The position numbers and the translations under genes are program-made. Shown one piece after another: positions 1 through 7,794 of a stretch of 16,119 bases of DNA. A model generated the notes under the pieces. That model saw nothing but the letters and a program-made list of their open reading frames with translations. It made no database searches and was not told the DNA's origin. Source of the stretch: a virus; the UHGV virus genome UHGV-1638998. One strand, 5' to 3'. Every line of letters starts with the position of its first letter. The stretch's first letter is position 1.

Positions 1-6
1 GAAGAT

Positions 7-38
7 AAAAAACCCTCTGTAGTAACAGAGGGTTTTGT
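7..38 (-). terminator. Rho-independent terminator, probably the native guaA terminator displaced by the insertion
   Basis: 9-bp stem AACCCTCTG/CAGAGGGTT (11..19 and 26..34), 6-nt loop, followed on the minus strand by a T-run. Lies in host DNA left of attL. Confidence 0.65.
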
Positions 39-61
39 TCATTCATAGTGCAGGGATTAAA

Positions 62-77
62 ATCATTCCCACTCAAT
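62..77. repeat. attL: attL core (ATCATTCCCACTCAAT)
   Basis: Exact 16-bp copy of the sequence at 16065..16080. On the minus strand it encodes …IEWE-stop, a duplicate of the host gene's last codons. Host DNA with a terminator lies to its left (1..61). Confidence 0.75.
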
Positions 78-130
78 TATTTACGACACACATAACCAAT
101 TGACTGGTAACAATTTTATGCAATCTGATT

Positions 131-161
131 TTCACCGTACCGTTTTATATACCGTCACCGG
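131..161. promoter_or_regulatory. Putative integrase arm-type sites, left arm (CACCGTACCGT, ATACCGTCACC)
   Basis: ATACCGTCACC at 149..159 is identical to 15930..15940; CACCGTACCGT at 133..143 resembles CACCTGTACCGT at 15937..15948. Confidence 0.45.
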
Positions 162-187
162 AAATCAGTGCCATGAAAAATGCCATG

Positions 188-670
188 TCACCGTGTCAGC
201 GAATCGTACTGCTTTTCACAGACTCGTCCGGCTTCGGCGGCCCGGTCAGCGTACTCTGCCAGTTGTCGGTTTCGCTCGAGAGATTTGCTGAGCACGTCGG
301 CAAGCAAAACTCCGGTGTCTGCGGCTGACGCCCCAGTGCCGATAGTGGCGTTATACTGCCTGAGCTGCTCACGGATGGCAACGAGCTGTTGCTGCAACCG
401 GCCAGCGCGAGCGGCAGCATCAAGAGCATCATTGCGCGCCTGGTCGATCCTCTGCTGCGCTTCACGTTCATTGGTCGCTTTTTCCTGTTCGTCATGCTGA
501 CGAGCTTTATCATCAGCCTGTTTCTGATCTGCCTTTGCCTGCGCATACCCGGCATCGTACTGGTGGCTGCCGTGTACATTCCAGGCAACCCTGCCGCCGA
601 TTACCAGAGCAGCAAGCATCGCCACGATAAGCAACTGTTTCCAGTACGCTTTGACGAATGCCCAGATCAT
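188..670 (-). CDS. Rz: Inner-membrane spanin (Rz-like)
   Basis: 160 aa; N-terminal transmembrane segment followed by an Ala/Gln/Arg/Glu-rich coiled-coil body; last gene of the lysis cassette; contains an embedded lipoprotein ORF in another frame. Confidence 0.75.
   Translation of the reverse strand: MIWAFVKAYWKQLLIVAMLAALVIGGRVAWNVHGSHQYDAGYAQAKADQKQADDKARQHDEQEKATNEREAQQRIDQARNDALDAAARAGRLQQQLVAIREQLRQYNATIGTGASAADTGVLLADVLSKSLERNRQLAEYADRAAEAGRVCEKQYDSLTR
196..471 (-). CDS. Rz1: Outer-membrane lipoprotein spanin (Rz1-like), embedded in Rz in an alternate frame
   Basis: ATG at 471 preceded by AGGAAA; signal peptide MNVKRSRGSTRRAMMLLMLPLALAG ending in the lipobox LAG-C; Pro/Ser-rich mature part. 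Start could alternatively be the ATG at 432. Confidence 0.6.
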   Translation of the reverse strand: MNVKRSRGSTRRAMMLLMLPLALAGCSNSSLPSVSSSGSITPLSALGRQPQTPEFCLPTCSANLSSETDNWQSTLTGPPKPDESVKSSTIR

Positions 671-1296
671 ACCGCCAGCACCTTACTGGCAGTGATATAC
701 CGCGCACGCCGGTCGTCGATGCCGTTCTGCCCACCATTGATGATCTGCGTGACGCGCACCAGGTCGCCGGTGTACTTCATGCAGCCTTTGGTTGCGAAGA
801 ACCACGCCGCGCTGCGGGCCGCGTATTCGTCCTGCGCCAGCAGCTCAGGCTGCTTAACCAGATCCACCTTCAGGCCATTGCCGCAGTCGCGATAGTTGTT
901 CAGCCCGGTGATCTGGATAAGCCCGCGCCCGAGGTAAAACCAGCCGTCAGTCGGACCGTTGTTCCCCATTCTTTTGCTGTACACCAGGTTGGCGATCGCA
1001 CGCTGGCGCTCCAGCGGTAACGATGGTTCACCAGCACGACGGCCCAGCGCGTTAGCCTGACCCTGAGTTAGGCGCCCGGTACGGACGAAACCTGCCAGCC
1101 CTGCTACGCTGTAGTTGAAGTTTTCCTGCAGCCGGGTAAAGCCGGTAGACTCATGCCCGACCTGCGCGATAAACATCGCCTGGTGCAGCGGTTGTTCGAT
1201 GCCAAACTCTTTCATTGCCGCGGTGATATGCAGATACCAGCGCGTGGCCAGCACCTCACTGATACCGGCGGCGCGGCGGAATTGGTTAATGTCCAT
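667..1296 (-). CDS. Endolysin, glycoside hydrolase family 19 (chitinase-class lysozyme)
   Basis: 209 aa; motifs FIAQVGHESTGF and GRGLIQITGLNNY are typical of GH19 phage endolysins; RBS GAGG 7 nt upstream; stop overlaps the Rz start (ATGA). Confidence 0.8.
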   Translation of the reverse strand: MDINQFRRAAGISEVLATRWYLHITAAMKEFGIEQPLHQAMFIAQVGHESTGFTRLQENFNYSVAGLAGFVRTGRLTQGQANALGRRAGEPSLPLERQRAIANLVYSKRMGNNGPTDGWFYLGRGLIQITGLNNYRDCGNGLKVDLVKQPELLAQDEYAARSAAWFFATKGCMKYTGDLVRVTQIINGGQNGIDDRRARYITASKVLAV

Positions 1297-1579
1297 GCTG
1301 GGACCTCGTTATCTTGAAAATTTGTACCACATTCCCTTTTGTCTTGATGAGCGCAGCCAGGAACACGGCTTTAATGATGACTTCTGACCAGTCGGCGCTG
1401 ACGTAGTACCCGTAAAACGTCCGGATAGGTACGCTGGCGGCCACGACGATCAACAGGTAGGCGAGCCATCCCCCCCACCAGCGATGGCGTGACCCGTCAC
1501 GACGGAACAGAAGCACTCGGATTGCAATGCCGCCGCAGATAGCGGCGTTAAGGATGAGAAGCAGCTCAGGACTGGTCAT
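1286..1579 (-). CDS. Lysis-cassette membrane protein (second holin or antiholin-like, 97 aa)
   Basis: RBS GGAGAA before the ATG at 1579; overlaps the holin 3' end and the endolysin 5' end; three hydrophobic segments. Confidence 0.45.
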   Translation of the reverse strand: MTSPELLLILNAAICGGIAIRVLLFRRDGSRHRWWGGWLAYLLIVVAASVPIRTFYGYYVSADWSEVIIKAVFLAALIKTKGNVVQIFKITRSQHGH

Positions 1580-1970
1580 CGTCTTTTCTCCCCGGAATCA
1601 GGTCGCGCGGATTTTCAGAACGGTGATACAGCCAGATGCCAATGCGAACAGCGACGATTGCCGACACGAATGCCCCGGCTGAATACACAATGCCCTTCTC
1701 AAAAGAGTCCTGCGTAATCGTCGGTATCAGGCTGGCAAAGCCAATCAGAATGGAAGCTGTCGCTTTATAGAAGAGAACACCGCAGAGGAAGCTGAGAAGC
1801 GCCAGGAGAAGCCGGCGCTTTATAGGATACTCAACTGCTGAGGTAACAAAAATTACCGCGCCAGCGAGCGCCCCTAAAGCCACCTCAGGAGGAACCCCGG
1901 CGACGACGGAAGCCAGCGCACCAAGGCTAAACCCCTGATTGAGTGACTCTGTTGTCAGCGTGGTTGACAT
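1566..1970 (-). CDS. Putative holin (134 aa, multi-pass membrane protein)
   Basis: First gene of the lysis cassette; ATG at 1970 preceded by GGTGG (the listed ORF starts at an upstream GTG); three or four hydrophobic segments and a charged C-terminal tail (RKDDDQS). Confidence 0.55.
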   Translation of the reverse strand: MSTTLTTESLNQGFSLGALASVVAGVPPEVALGALAGAVIFVTSAVEYPIKRRLLLALLSFLCGVLFYKATASILIGFASLIPTITQDSFEKGIVYSAGAFVSAIVAVRIGIWLYHRSENPRDLIPGRKDDDQS

Positions 1971-2181
1971 AGTGACCACCGTTTATTGTGCATATAGAAC
2001 CCCCTTAGTTGGTGAGTCCATCATACACAATAAACCATATGTGGTTAATTGTTACCATCAGTAAAAATACAGCAGCTTCATAATCACAATCAGACATGCC
2101 AGTGGTGTAAGCTACCAACTGGTTTTTTGTCATTTGTCATGGCAGAATCGTGCCACCTGGTGATATCAAAAGAAAACCATC

Positions 2182-2421
2182 ATGATTGGCAAAATTATCA
2201 AATACATATCCCTCTCTTTTGCAATAGCGCTGTTTGCAGTTCTTGCTCTTTCCGCAATCGATAATCAAATGGAGCAAAAAGCGTGGAATAAATATAAAAA
2301 CGAACACGAATGTTTTATTTCAGACACTGAAAGATGTGATGATAATTATAACAACCAAAAAATTTGGCAACATACCATCCTGCTACAAAATGTAAATGTA
2401 ATAATAGTGAGGAATTTGTAA
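2182..2421 (+). CDS. Small secreted or membrane-anchored Cys-containing protein (79 aa), unknown function
   Basis: N-terminal hydrophobic signal-like segment IIKYISLSFAIALFAVLALSA; two Cys eight residues apart; AT-rich like the downstream gene; stop 1 nt before the next start; weak RBS. Confidence 0.35.
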   Translation: MIGKIIKYISLSFAIALFAVLALSAIDNQMEQKAWNKYKNEHECFISDTERCDDNYNNQKIWQHTILLQNVNVIIVRNL

Positions 2422-2422
2422 G

Positions 2423-3541
2423 ATGAAAGTTAATTCTTTTTTTGTTTTTGGATTAAGTTGCCTTTTTATATCAGGGCCGGGATATTCACAAGATGATAAT
2501 GGCAATGAAAAATTAAATGAGGTTACTGTAAGAGGTAATCACCCAAGAGCAAATGGCATTTGGACTCAATACGAAGGTCTTGATACAGCCCTGCGCGGTC
2601 ATGAAATTCTCACTGATGTCATTGAACCTAATTCACAGTTCTACAACTGGAAAGGTGAGCCAGTAAAAGCCCATGATTTAACAAATCAGAATGCCGATAA
2701 TTATGATAGCGTTCACAATCACTATCAAAACTTCCTGAGTGAAGTATGGAATTTTAAACCAAACACCAACGCTGTCTCCATCTGGGGTGATTCTGCTGCC
2801 ATTGCTAAAGACTCAAAGGCGTGGGGGGCATTCTTTAGCGCTCGTTCATATTTCAAGGCCTTTACAAAGGATGGGAAATATCATGATCTGGCACCGGCTG
2901 GTTCAGATTTCACATTCAATCCAGAAGACTATGATAACCAACTCGTAGGGGTTGAGATTGATGTCCTTAATGGCGGCAAGCCCGGAGTATTCCCCAATAA
3001 GTCCAAAGTGGGCTTACAGATAGTTGGCTTTGGAAATCCAAACTCCATGGCCGTAGAAGTGCGAAGCGAAGATACAGATAAAGATGTACCAGCAGAGAAG
3101 CGTCGCGGTGTCTGGGAAAGTGGGATTTACTTCAAGAATTCTATAGCTGATTATGGCAGGCTCATTGTTGCTGATTTTGATAAAGCCAAGATGGGTTTTG
3201 ACTTTAGGCGATCTCTATTCCGCGAAGGGATAATGCAGGCACGCACAGAAGGTGTTGGTACCGGTATTATCTTGAATGAAGGAAAGTCGGGAGAAATATA
3301 TGGAGGCACTCGCTGGAACGGTTCAGAAGATAAGCGCAACTGGATTTCAATAAGAAACGGCGAAGGTGGAACTCGTATAGTCTCAAATGATAATACTAAA
3401 GAAGTTCTTGCAGTCGACAACGATGGCGGCGTTTACATTAATGGGGATGTTTACATTAATGGCAAGAAATTAAATGACCTACTAAAACTTGATGAAAGAG
3501 TTTCAAAAATCGAAAAACAATTATCAGAATTAAAAAAATAA
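2423..3541 (+). CDS. Secreted protein of unknown function (AT-rich cargo gene)
   Basis: 372 aa; N-terminal Sec-type signal peptide MKVNSFFVFGLSCLFISGPGYSQ; RBS GAGGA; much lower GC than the flanking phage genes; C-terminal Gly/Asn-rich repeats ending in a short coiled coil. No family recognised. Confidence 0.7.
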   Translation: MKVNSFFVFGLSCLFISGPGYSQDDNGNEKLNEVTVRGNHPRANGIWTQYEGLDTALRGHEILTDVIEPNSQFYNWKGEPVKAHDLTNQNADNYDSVHNHYQNFLSEVWNFKPNTNAVSIWGDSAAIAKDSKAWGAFFSARSYFKAFTKDGKYHDLAPAGSDFTFNPEDYDNQLVGVEIDVLNGGKPGVFPNKSKVGLQIVGFGNPNSMAVEVRSEDTDKDVPAEKRRGVWESGIYFKNSIADYGRLIVADFDKAKMGFDFRRSLFREGIMQARTEGVGTGIILNEGKSGEIYGGTRWNGSEDKRNWISIRNGEGGTRIVSNDNTKEVLAVDNDGGVYINGDVYINGKKLNDLLKLDERVSKIEKQLSELKK

Positions 3542-3544
3542 AAA

Positions 3545-3564
3545 GGTGGGGCGTAAGCCCCACC
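3545..3564. terminator. Bidirectional terminator hairpin between convergent genes
   Basis: Stem GGTGGGGC/GCCCCACC with loop GTAA; the long A-run upstream gives a strong T-tract for the minus-strand tail fiber transcript. Confidence 0.75.
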
Positions 3565-3571
3565 AATCTAC

Positions 3572-6322
3572 TTAATTGCCTTCCAATTTTTCAATTCTTT
3601 TTATTACATCTTGCATCGCTGATACAATTGGTGCTATGAATTGTTCATAACGTAAACCAATCTCCCCATCTTCACCCTCTACATATCCACCAAAGTCGCC
3701 AGTGCCGAGTTGATCAAGTAGGGCTTTAACTTCCTGAGCGATAAAGCCGTAATGGGTACGCTTACCGGCAACCGAAGTGATAACCGTTTTTTTCTTTGGT
3801 ACCCTTACAGTTTCCATGCGAGGAATGCTGACCGTCTCAAGGAAACTACCGTTTTCGTCTTCAACGTTAACAGTATCAAATACCGGGTGCTCAACTTCTT
3901 TTGTAACATATTTTCTTACAAATTTGATTACACCATCAACATTAATTCGCTCGTTAATCTCTTCTGTACTATGGATAATCTCAGTGACCTGCCGTTCTAT
4001 ATATTCAAATCCGTCATCAATTTCTTCAACAACATTCCCCCCACTGATGAAACGATATGATACCGGATGCAGCCCTTTAATAAACTCTATCGATAAGTTG
4101 CTTTCAGCCACATCAGTTTTTAAAGTTCCATCAGATGTTTGAATTGTTCCATTTGCAGCCCAAATAGATGAAGGGCGATTTCCAGATTTACCAACGGTAA
4201 ACATATTATCTACATGCGGGTAAATAGCGGCATTAAAATGTAGTTCATTATTTATTTGAATAAACCCATTACCTTTCGCGGCCAGAATAGTATTTATATT
4301 CGCATCAGGGCCGACAGCGCTAAAAGCAGGTTGATCACCAGTAGTGGCACTATCAAAACGAAATCTATTCACGTCTCCAGAAGAGTATGTGCGATAACCG
4401 AACTCTGCACATGCTCGCCCGTATGCCCCCCCTATAGTGACTATGCCATTTACACCATCAACAGTGATCTGTCGTCGTGCATTGCCGTCCGGATCCCACC
4501 CACTACCAATAAATACTGGATACTGGTCACCGTTACCACCAGCTGCGTGTAGGTGATAAAATCCCCGAGCAGAAGCAATAAGAGAAATATTTTCTTCAAA
4601 TCCAGCTCCGGTAACACGATGCATACGCAATGCAGTAACTAAGTTATCTACACTACCCCACCAATAATAGTCGACATTATCAGCAATACCTACATCCGCG
4701 GTAAGTGTGGCTAACCAAGAATCAGAATATGATGCCTGTACAGTCGTAATGCCATTCACTACGAACGTAGTTTGTATATTGTTGAGCGGAATAAATGGGT
4801 CGCCAGATATACGAATAATTTTCTTCCCCGATACATTGCATTTACCCTGCCCCCAAATGTAACAGCATACATAGGTTGCAGATATTGATGACGGAAATGA
4901 CACCGCGCTGTTATCGATGTTTTTCACTGTAAATGATCCTGATGCCACTGATACCACCGTATACCCAGCATCCCTGATCCATATTGTTTTTCCAATTTCA
5001 TCAACCGTTAAGCCTGGTCCTGTATTTACATTTACGATATTAGTTCCGGCAACAGTTGTGCATTTACCCGCGCGAGAAGCTGGCTGGACTGCGATCTCTG
5101 TCGGGCTTGGGTATTTACTTGGTTGTACTGAAGTCCATGACGAATAGCCATCCGGAAAGAAAACATTACCATAAGTTCCATTAATTGGGTTTCCGCCACC
5201 AACCTGTAGACCGGATACATTGCCAGCATTGCTCCCAAACCTGAAGTTAACACCAAATTGCGGGTGCCCATCCGAACCGCGAACGCCTTCAGTTCCAATA
5301 CTTACAGCCCCGGAACCACCATCAATACGCTGAACAACAGCACGGCGAAGATATCCGGTTCCTGTTATCGTTACTGGCTCTTCAAAAATGAAGTGGCGGC
5401 CGTAGCAGTCCACTTCGGTATTGAGCATGTAGTTTCCAGCAGGAACGAGAATTTGCTTGCCCTTTGGCACTAGGGCGTTTGCGGTAGAGAATGCCGGTGA
5501 GGCGTCCGTTGCGCCGGAATATTCATCGCCTAAGAAGTCTTTAATACTGATAAACTGCGCGTTAAAATCATGCTGCGTACGCCCTACCGCTCCAGCATAA
5601 GGCTGTTTTACGCCAATTAAGGAATCCCCCTTCCCATCATCAGTGCTTGCTAATTCAATGAGGACATCCGCTGCGCTTCCGCTTTCCGGAAGAAGCATAA
5701 TCGGATTACCAGATGAATCCATACCAACAATTTTATTTTTTCGTAACTCAATAGATGGTAATTGTGGGATGCTTTCTTCCGTACGAAGCGTTCTGCTGAA
5801 TAACAAATCTGTATGTGAAGTATTTCCTTCGCTTAATGAATCAGCATAATTTTTAGTTGCTGCATCCTGTGGCCTTACCGGATCTCGCAGATTTCTAATA
5901 TAGTTACTCATGGCATCGTAATAATTTGCCACAAACGACGGTTTACGCAATGCCAGGCTGAACAAACTGCCCACCTGCTGAATCAGCATCGTCAGTTTAT
6001 CGAATGCATCTTCATGCACCTCAGCGAAAAACTTACCCTGATTGCGCAGGTCTGTTTCCTGCGTTGCCTCCAGCTCGCGGGCAATCGATATTTGCCAACC
6101 GTTCGCCAGCGGCGAGGTAAGAACAACACTTCCGCCGTTAAAGCCACCAGCGTTCGTCACGGTGTAGTCAGTATCCAGCACCAGTACCGTGATGTTTTCG
6201 CTCAGGTCAATCACTGAAACGGTAAGGTCTGCTTTCTTGAAAATTCGGAAGGTGTAAGGGAATGATGTCGTAACGCCGTTCCCGGTGTAATCGTTATGGT
6301 CAACTACGGTTGATACCGTCAT
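3572..6322 (-). CDS. Tail fiber / tailspike protein with T7-gp17-like N-terminal anchor and C-terminal intramolecular chaperone (peptidase S74-like) domain; candidate depolymerase
   Basis: 916 aa from ATG 6322 (RBS GGAGA; the listed ORF starts 14 codons upstream). N-terminus …GNGVTTSFPYTF…LDTDYTVT… follows the T7 gp17 pattern. C-terminus HYGFIAQEVKALL…LRYEQFIAPIVSAMQDVIKRIEKLE resembles the self-cleaving chaperone domain of endosialidases. The central region is lower in GC. Confidence 0.85.
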   Translation of the reverse strand: MTVSTVVDHNDYTGNGVTTSFPYTFRIFKKADLTVSVIDLSENITVLVLDTDYTVTNAGGFNGGSVVLTSPLANGWQISIARELEATQETDLRNQGKFFAEVHEDAFDKLTMLIQQVGSLFSLALRKPSFVANYYDAMSNYIRNLRDPVRPQDAATKNYADSLSEGNTSHTDLLFSRTLRTEESIPQLPSIELRKNKIVGMDSSGNPIMLLPESGSAADVLIELASTDDGKGDSLIGVKQPYAGAVGRTQHDFNAQFISIKDFLGDEYSGATDASPAFSTANALVPKGKQILVPAGNYMLNTEVDCYGRHFIFEEPVTITGTGYLRRAVVQRIDGGSGAVSIGTEGVRGSDGHPQFGVNFRFGSNAGNVSGLQVGGGNPINGTYGNVFFPDGYSSWTSVQPSKYPSPTEIAVQPASRAGKCTTVAGTNIVNVNTGPGLTVDEIGKTIWIRDAGYTVVSVASGSFTVKNIDNSAVSFPSSISATYVCCYIWGQGKCNVSGKKIIRISGDPFIPLNNIQTTFVVNGITTVQASYSDSWLATLTADVGIADNVDYYWWGSVDNLVTALRMHRVTGAGFEENISLIASARGFYHLHAAGGNGDQYPVFIGSGWDPDGNARRQITVDGVNGIVTIGGAYGRACAEFGYRTYSSGDVNRFRFDSATTGDQPAFSAVGPDANINTILAAKGNGFIQINNELHFNAAIYPHVDNMFTVGKSGNRPSSIWAANGTIQTSDGTLKTDVAESNLSIEFIKGLHPVSYRFISGGNVVEEIDDGFEYIERQVTEIIHSTEEINERINVDGVIKFVRKYVTKEVEHPVFDTVNVEDENGSFLETVSIPRMETVRVPKKKTVITSVAGKRTHYGFIAQEVKALLDQLGTGDFGGYVEGEDGEIGLRYEQFIAPIVSAMQDVIKRIEKLEGN

Positions 6323-6426
6323 GGCCTGTCTCCAATAAAGCAGCGCCCGGCGCGCATGCATCATCTGGACAGTTTATTACCTAGCAAACCTTATATGAAT
6401 TGAATGAATAACAATCATGAAAGTTA

Positions 6427-6441
6427 TTACCTTTCAGGTAA
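6427..6441. promoter_or_regulatory. Operator-like palindrome TTACCTTTCAGGTAA (perfect)
   Basis: In the divergent region between the tail fiber start (6322) and the LexA-box gene, 38 bp upstream of the LexA box. Confidence 0.6.
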
Positions 6442-6478
6442 AGCTCATATCGTGCTGGATAGTGTTTCAAAGTTTTGC

Positions 6479-6498
6479 TACTGTACATACATACAGTA
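6479..6498. promoter_or_regulatory. LexA (SOS) box TACTGTACATACATACAGTA
   Basis: Matches the enterobacterial LexA consensus TACTG(TA)5CAGTA at all CTGT/ACAG core positions; 20 bp upstream of the ATG at 6518. Confidence 0.75.
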
Positions 6499-6517
6499 AT
6501 TGCATGGAGAACATGAG

Positions 6518-6778
6518 ATGCAACGTCAGTATCATCACCCGCTGGAAAAAGGATTTGCCGAACGCATACACACGCCGGGAGGCGTCCGCTCCCTTGTAGA
6601 AGAATCACATCTGATGACGTTGCTGCGACAACTGAATGAGGACGGATTTAACGTTGATGGCCCGATGGCGGAACTAACTGCCTTGGTGAACTACGTCACC
6701 AGCTCGCAGATGTCCATGAAGGATCTGCAGATGCATCTCGATTACTGTGTGGAAAAACTGAAGCAGGAAACGACTTAA
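6518..6778 (+). CDS. Small SOS-regulated protein, putative antirepressor (86 aa)
   Basis: ATG at 6518 with RBS GGAGAA 7 nt upstream (the listed ORF starts at an upstream TTG); a near-consensus LexA box lies 20 bp upstream. The product is not recognised; antirepressor function is inferred from context. Confidence 0.55.
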   Translation: MQRQYHHPLEKGFAERIHTPGGVRSLVEESHLMTLLRQLNEDGFNVDGPMAELTALVNYVTSSQMSMKDLQMHLDYCVEKLKQETT

Positions 6779-6812
6779 AAAAAGGCCGCATAGCGGCCTT
6801 GTGACATGTCAC
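6777..6812. terminator. Bidirectional terminator region between convergent transcription units
   Basis: 8-bp stem AAGGCCGC/GCGGCCTT (6782..6789 and 6793..6800), A-run on one side so a T-run on the minus strand; followed by the perfect palindrome GTGACATGTCAC (6801..6812). Confidence 0.65.
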
Positions 6813-7000
6813 AGTAATGGTAGCTTAAACACTATAGCCGCGAGAATGACGAAGGTCGCGAAGTAAACGACCTTCGCAGAGGTCTCGCCAAGCCAACCTT
6901 TTCTGATAGCGAATATTACCGCCCAAACATACGCCGTGCCGCATACCACGAAGAACGCAAACCAGAACAGAATCATGCCTATCTTGATCAATATATCCAT
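6809..7000 (-). CDS. Small membrane protein (63 aa, two predicted transmembrane helices)
   Basis: ATG shares a base with the TAA of the RuvC-like gene (TAATG). Translation MDILIKIGMILFWFAFFVVCGTAYVWAVIFAIRKGW… is strongly hydrophobic. The listed 84-aa ORF probably starts at this internal ATG. Confidence 0.5.
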   Translation of the reverse strand: MDILIKIGMILFWFAFFVVCGTAYVWAVIFAIRKGWLGETSAKVVYFATFVILAAIVFKLPLL

Positions 7001-7791
7001 TATTGCCCCACTGCCTTCCCGAGGTCTGGTGCGCGGCGAGGCGTTGTCTCGCCAGGCTCCCACCAGCTCGTCGTGTTGAATTCACGCTGCGCTCTGTCAC
7101 GCACCCTGTCGTTATACCCTGGGTTAGCCATCTCCTGAAGTTGCTGGAGTATCAGGTGGTTGGTAATGGCTTTCGCGTACCAGAGGTTGGCGAATGGGGT
7201 GATCATGCGCGCCGTCTTCAGCGCATCGGCACCGAAAGAAGTTTCTTCGCCCTGCAATGCCTTCTGCGGGTTCGTGATCAGAAGTTTGGTTAACTGCTCG
7301 GCGAAGCTCAGCACCGGCCCCCCGATGGTGGCCGCGATACTGGATCCATATTGCGTATGGTCCTGGAAAAGGAAATCGCCGTAGATACCGAATGAGCCGC
7401 CCTTCAGCAGAGCCTGCACCCATGTAGTTGGCTTTGTCATATCCAGTGGGTCATTGCCGGTCAATAGGCTGTTCATCTGGTTTGCAAACATCCCAGCCAA
7501 TGTCGTGCCTGCTATGTATGAAGCGAGGAATTTAAGCGCCGGTACGCCAGCTGCATGCCCGAACGTGAACATGCTTGCCGTTCCCTGTCCTGGCATGGCT
7601 CCGACCTGCTCTAGGTACGCATGAGTGATTCCGTACTGCCGAACCCATGCAGCTACCGCTGCGCCGTTCACCCTGGACTTTGTGCCGACCTTGATGGTTG
7701 GCATTGCCAGATGGTCGATGTATCCGCCCTGCTCAGTTACGAGAACCAGCGCCCCGCTGCATCCCGGGTCAATCCCTAATATTGCTGTCAT
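7000..7791 (-). CDS. RuvC-like (RNase H fold) nuclease with a C-terminal extension of about 100 aa
   Basis: 263 aa; N-terminus MTAILGIDPG and AYLEQV align with RuvC catalytic Asp7 and Glu66 (from memory); a later GDFLFQDH segment could supply the remaining acidic residues; the C-terminal 100 aa are unassigned. Confidence 0.65.
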   Translation of the reverse strand: MTAILGIDPGCSGALVLVTEQGGYIDHLAMPTIKVGTKSRVNGAAVAAWVRQYGITHAYLEQVGAMPGQGTASMFTFGHAAGVPALKFLASYIAGTTLAGMFANQMNSLLTGNDPLDMTKPTTWVQALLKGGSFGIYGDFLFQDHTQYGSSIAATIGGPVLSFAEQLTKLLITNPQKALQGEETSFGADALKTARMITPFANLWYAKAITNHLILQQLQEMANPGYNDRVRDRAQREFNTTSWWEPGETTPRRAPDLGKAVGQ

Positions 7792-7794
7792 GGC

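Noticed and set aside
180-895. Plus-strand ORFs 180..500 and 389..895 (and 658..1020) overlapping the lysis genes
   Set aside because: They are antisense to well-supported lysis genes with RBSs and coupled starts, have low-complexity Ser/Arg/Cys-rich translations and no RBS; they are GC-rich antisense artefacts.
2052-2065. TTACCATCAGTAA as a possible extra operator in the cargo-cassette promoter region
   Set aside because: Half-site spacing is two bases shorter than in the TTACC-N5-GGTAA sites and the right half does not match GGTAA.
3752-6217. Short ORFs on both strands inside the tail fiber gene (for example 3777..4142, 4256..4552, 5032..5298)
   Set aside because: All lie within the 916-aa tail fiber reading frame region, lack RBSs and give low-complexity translations; shadow ORFs.
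6405-6500. 32-codon ORF spanning the operator and the LexA box
   Set aside because: It overlaps two regulatory palindromes, has no RBS and ends at the LexA box; more plausibly non-coding.
6679-6714. Motif SQMSMKD in the LexA-box gene product, resembling the LexA active-site region GMSMKD
   Set aside because: Only a 5-residue coincidence in an 86-aa protein; far too short for a peptidase S24 fold and no accompanying Lys-dyad context.
7003-7423. ORFs 7003..7293 (+), 7124..7423 (-) and 6825..7100 (-) overlapping the RuvC-like gene
   Set aside because: Alternate-frame or antisense overlaps of a gene with a clear RBS and catalytic motifs; no independent support.
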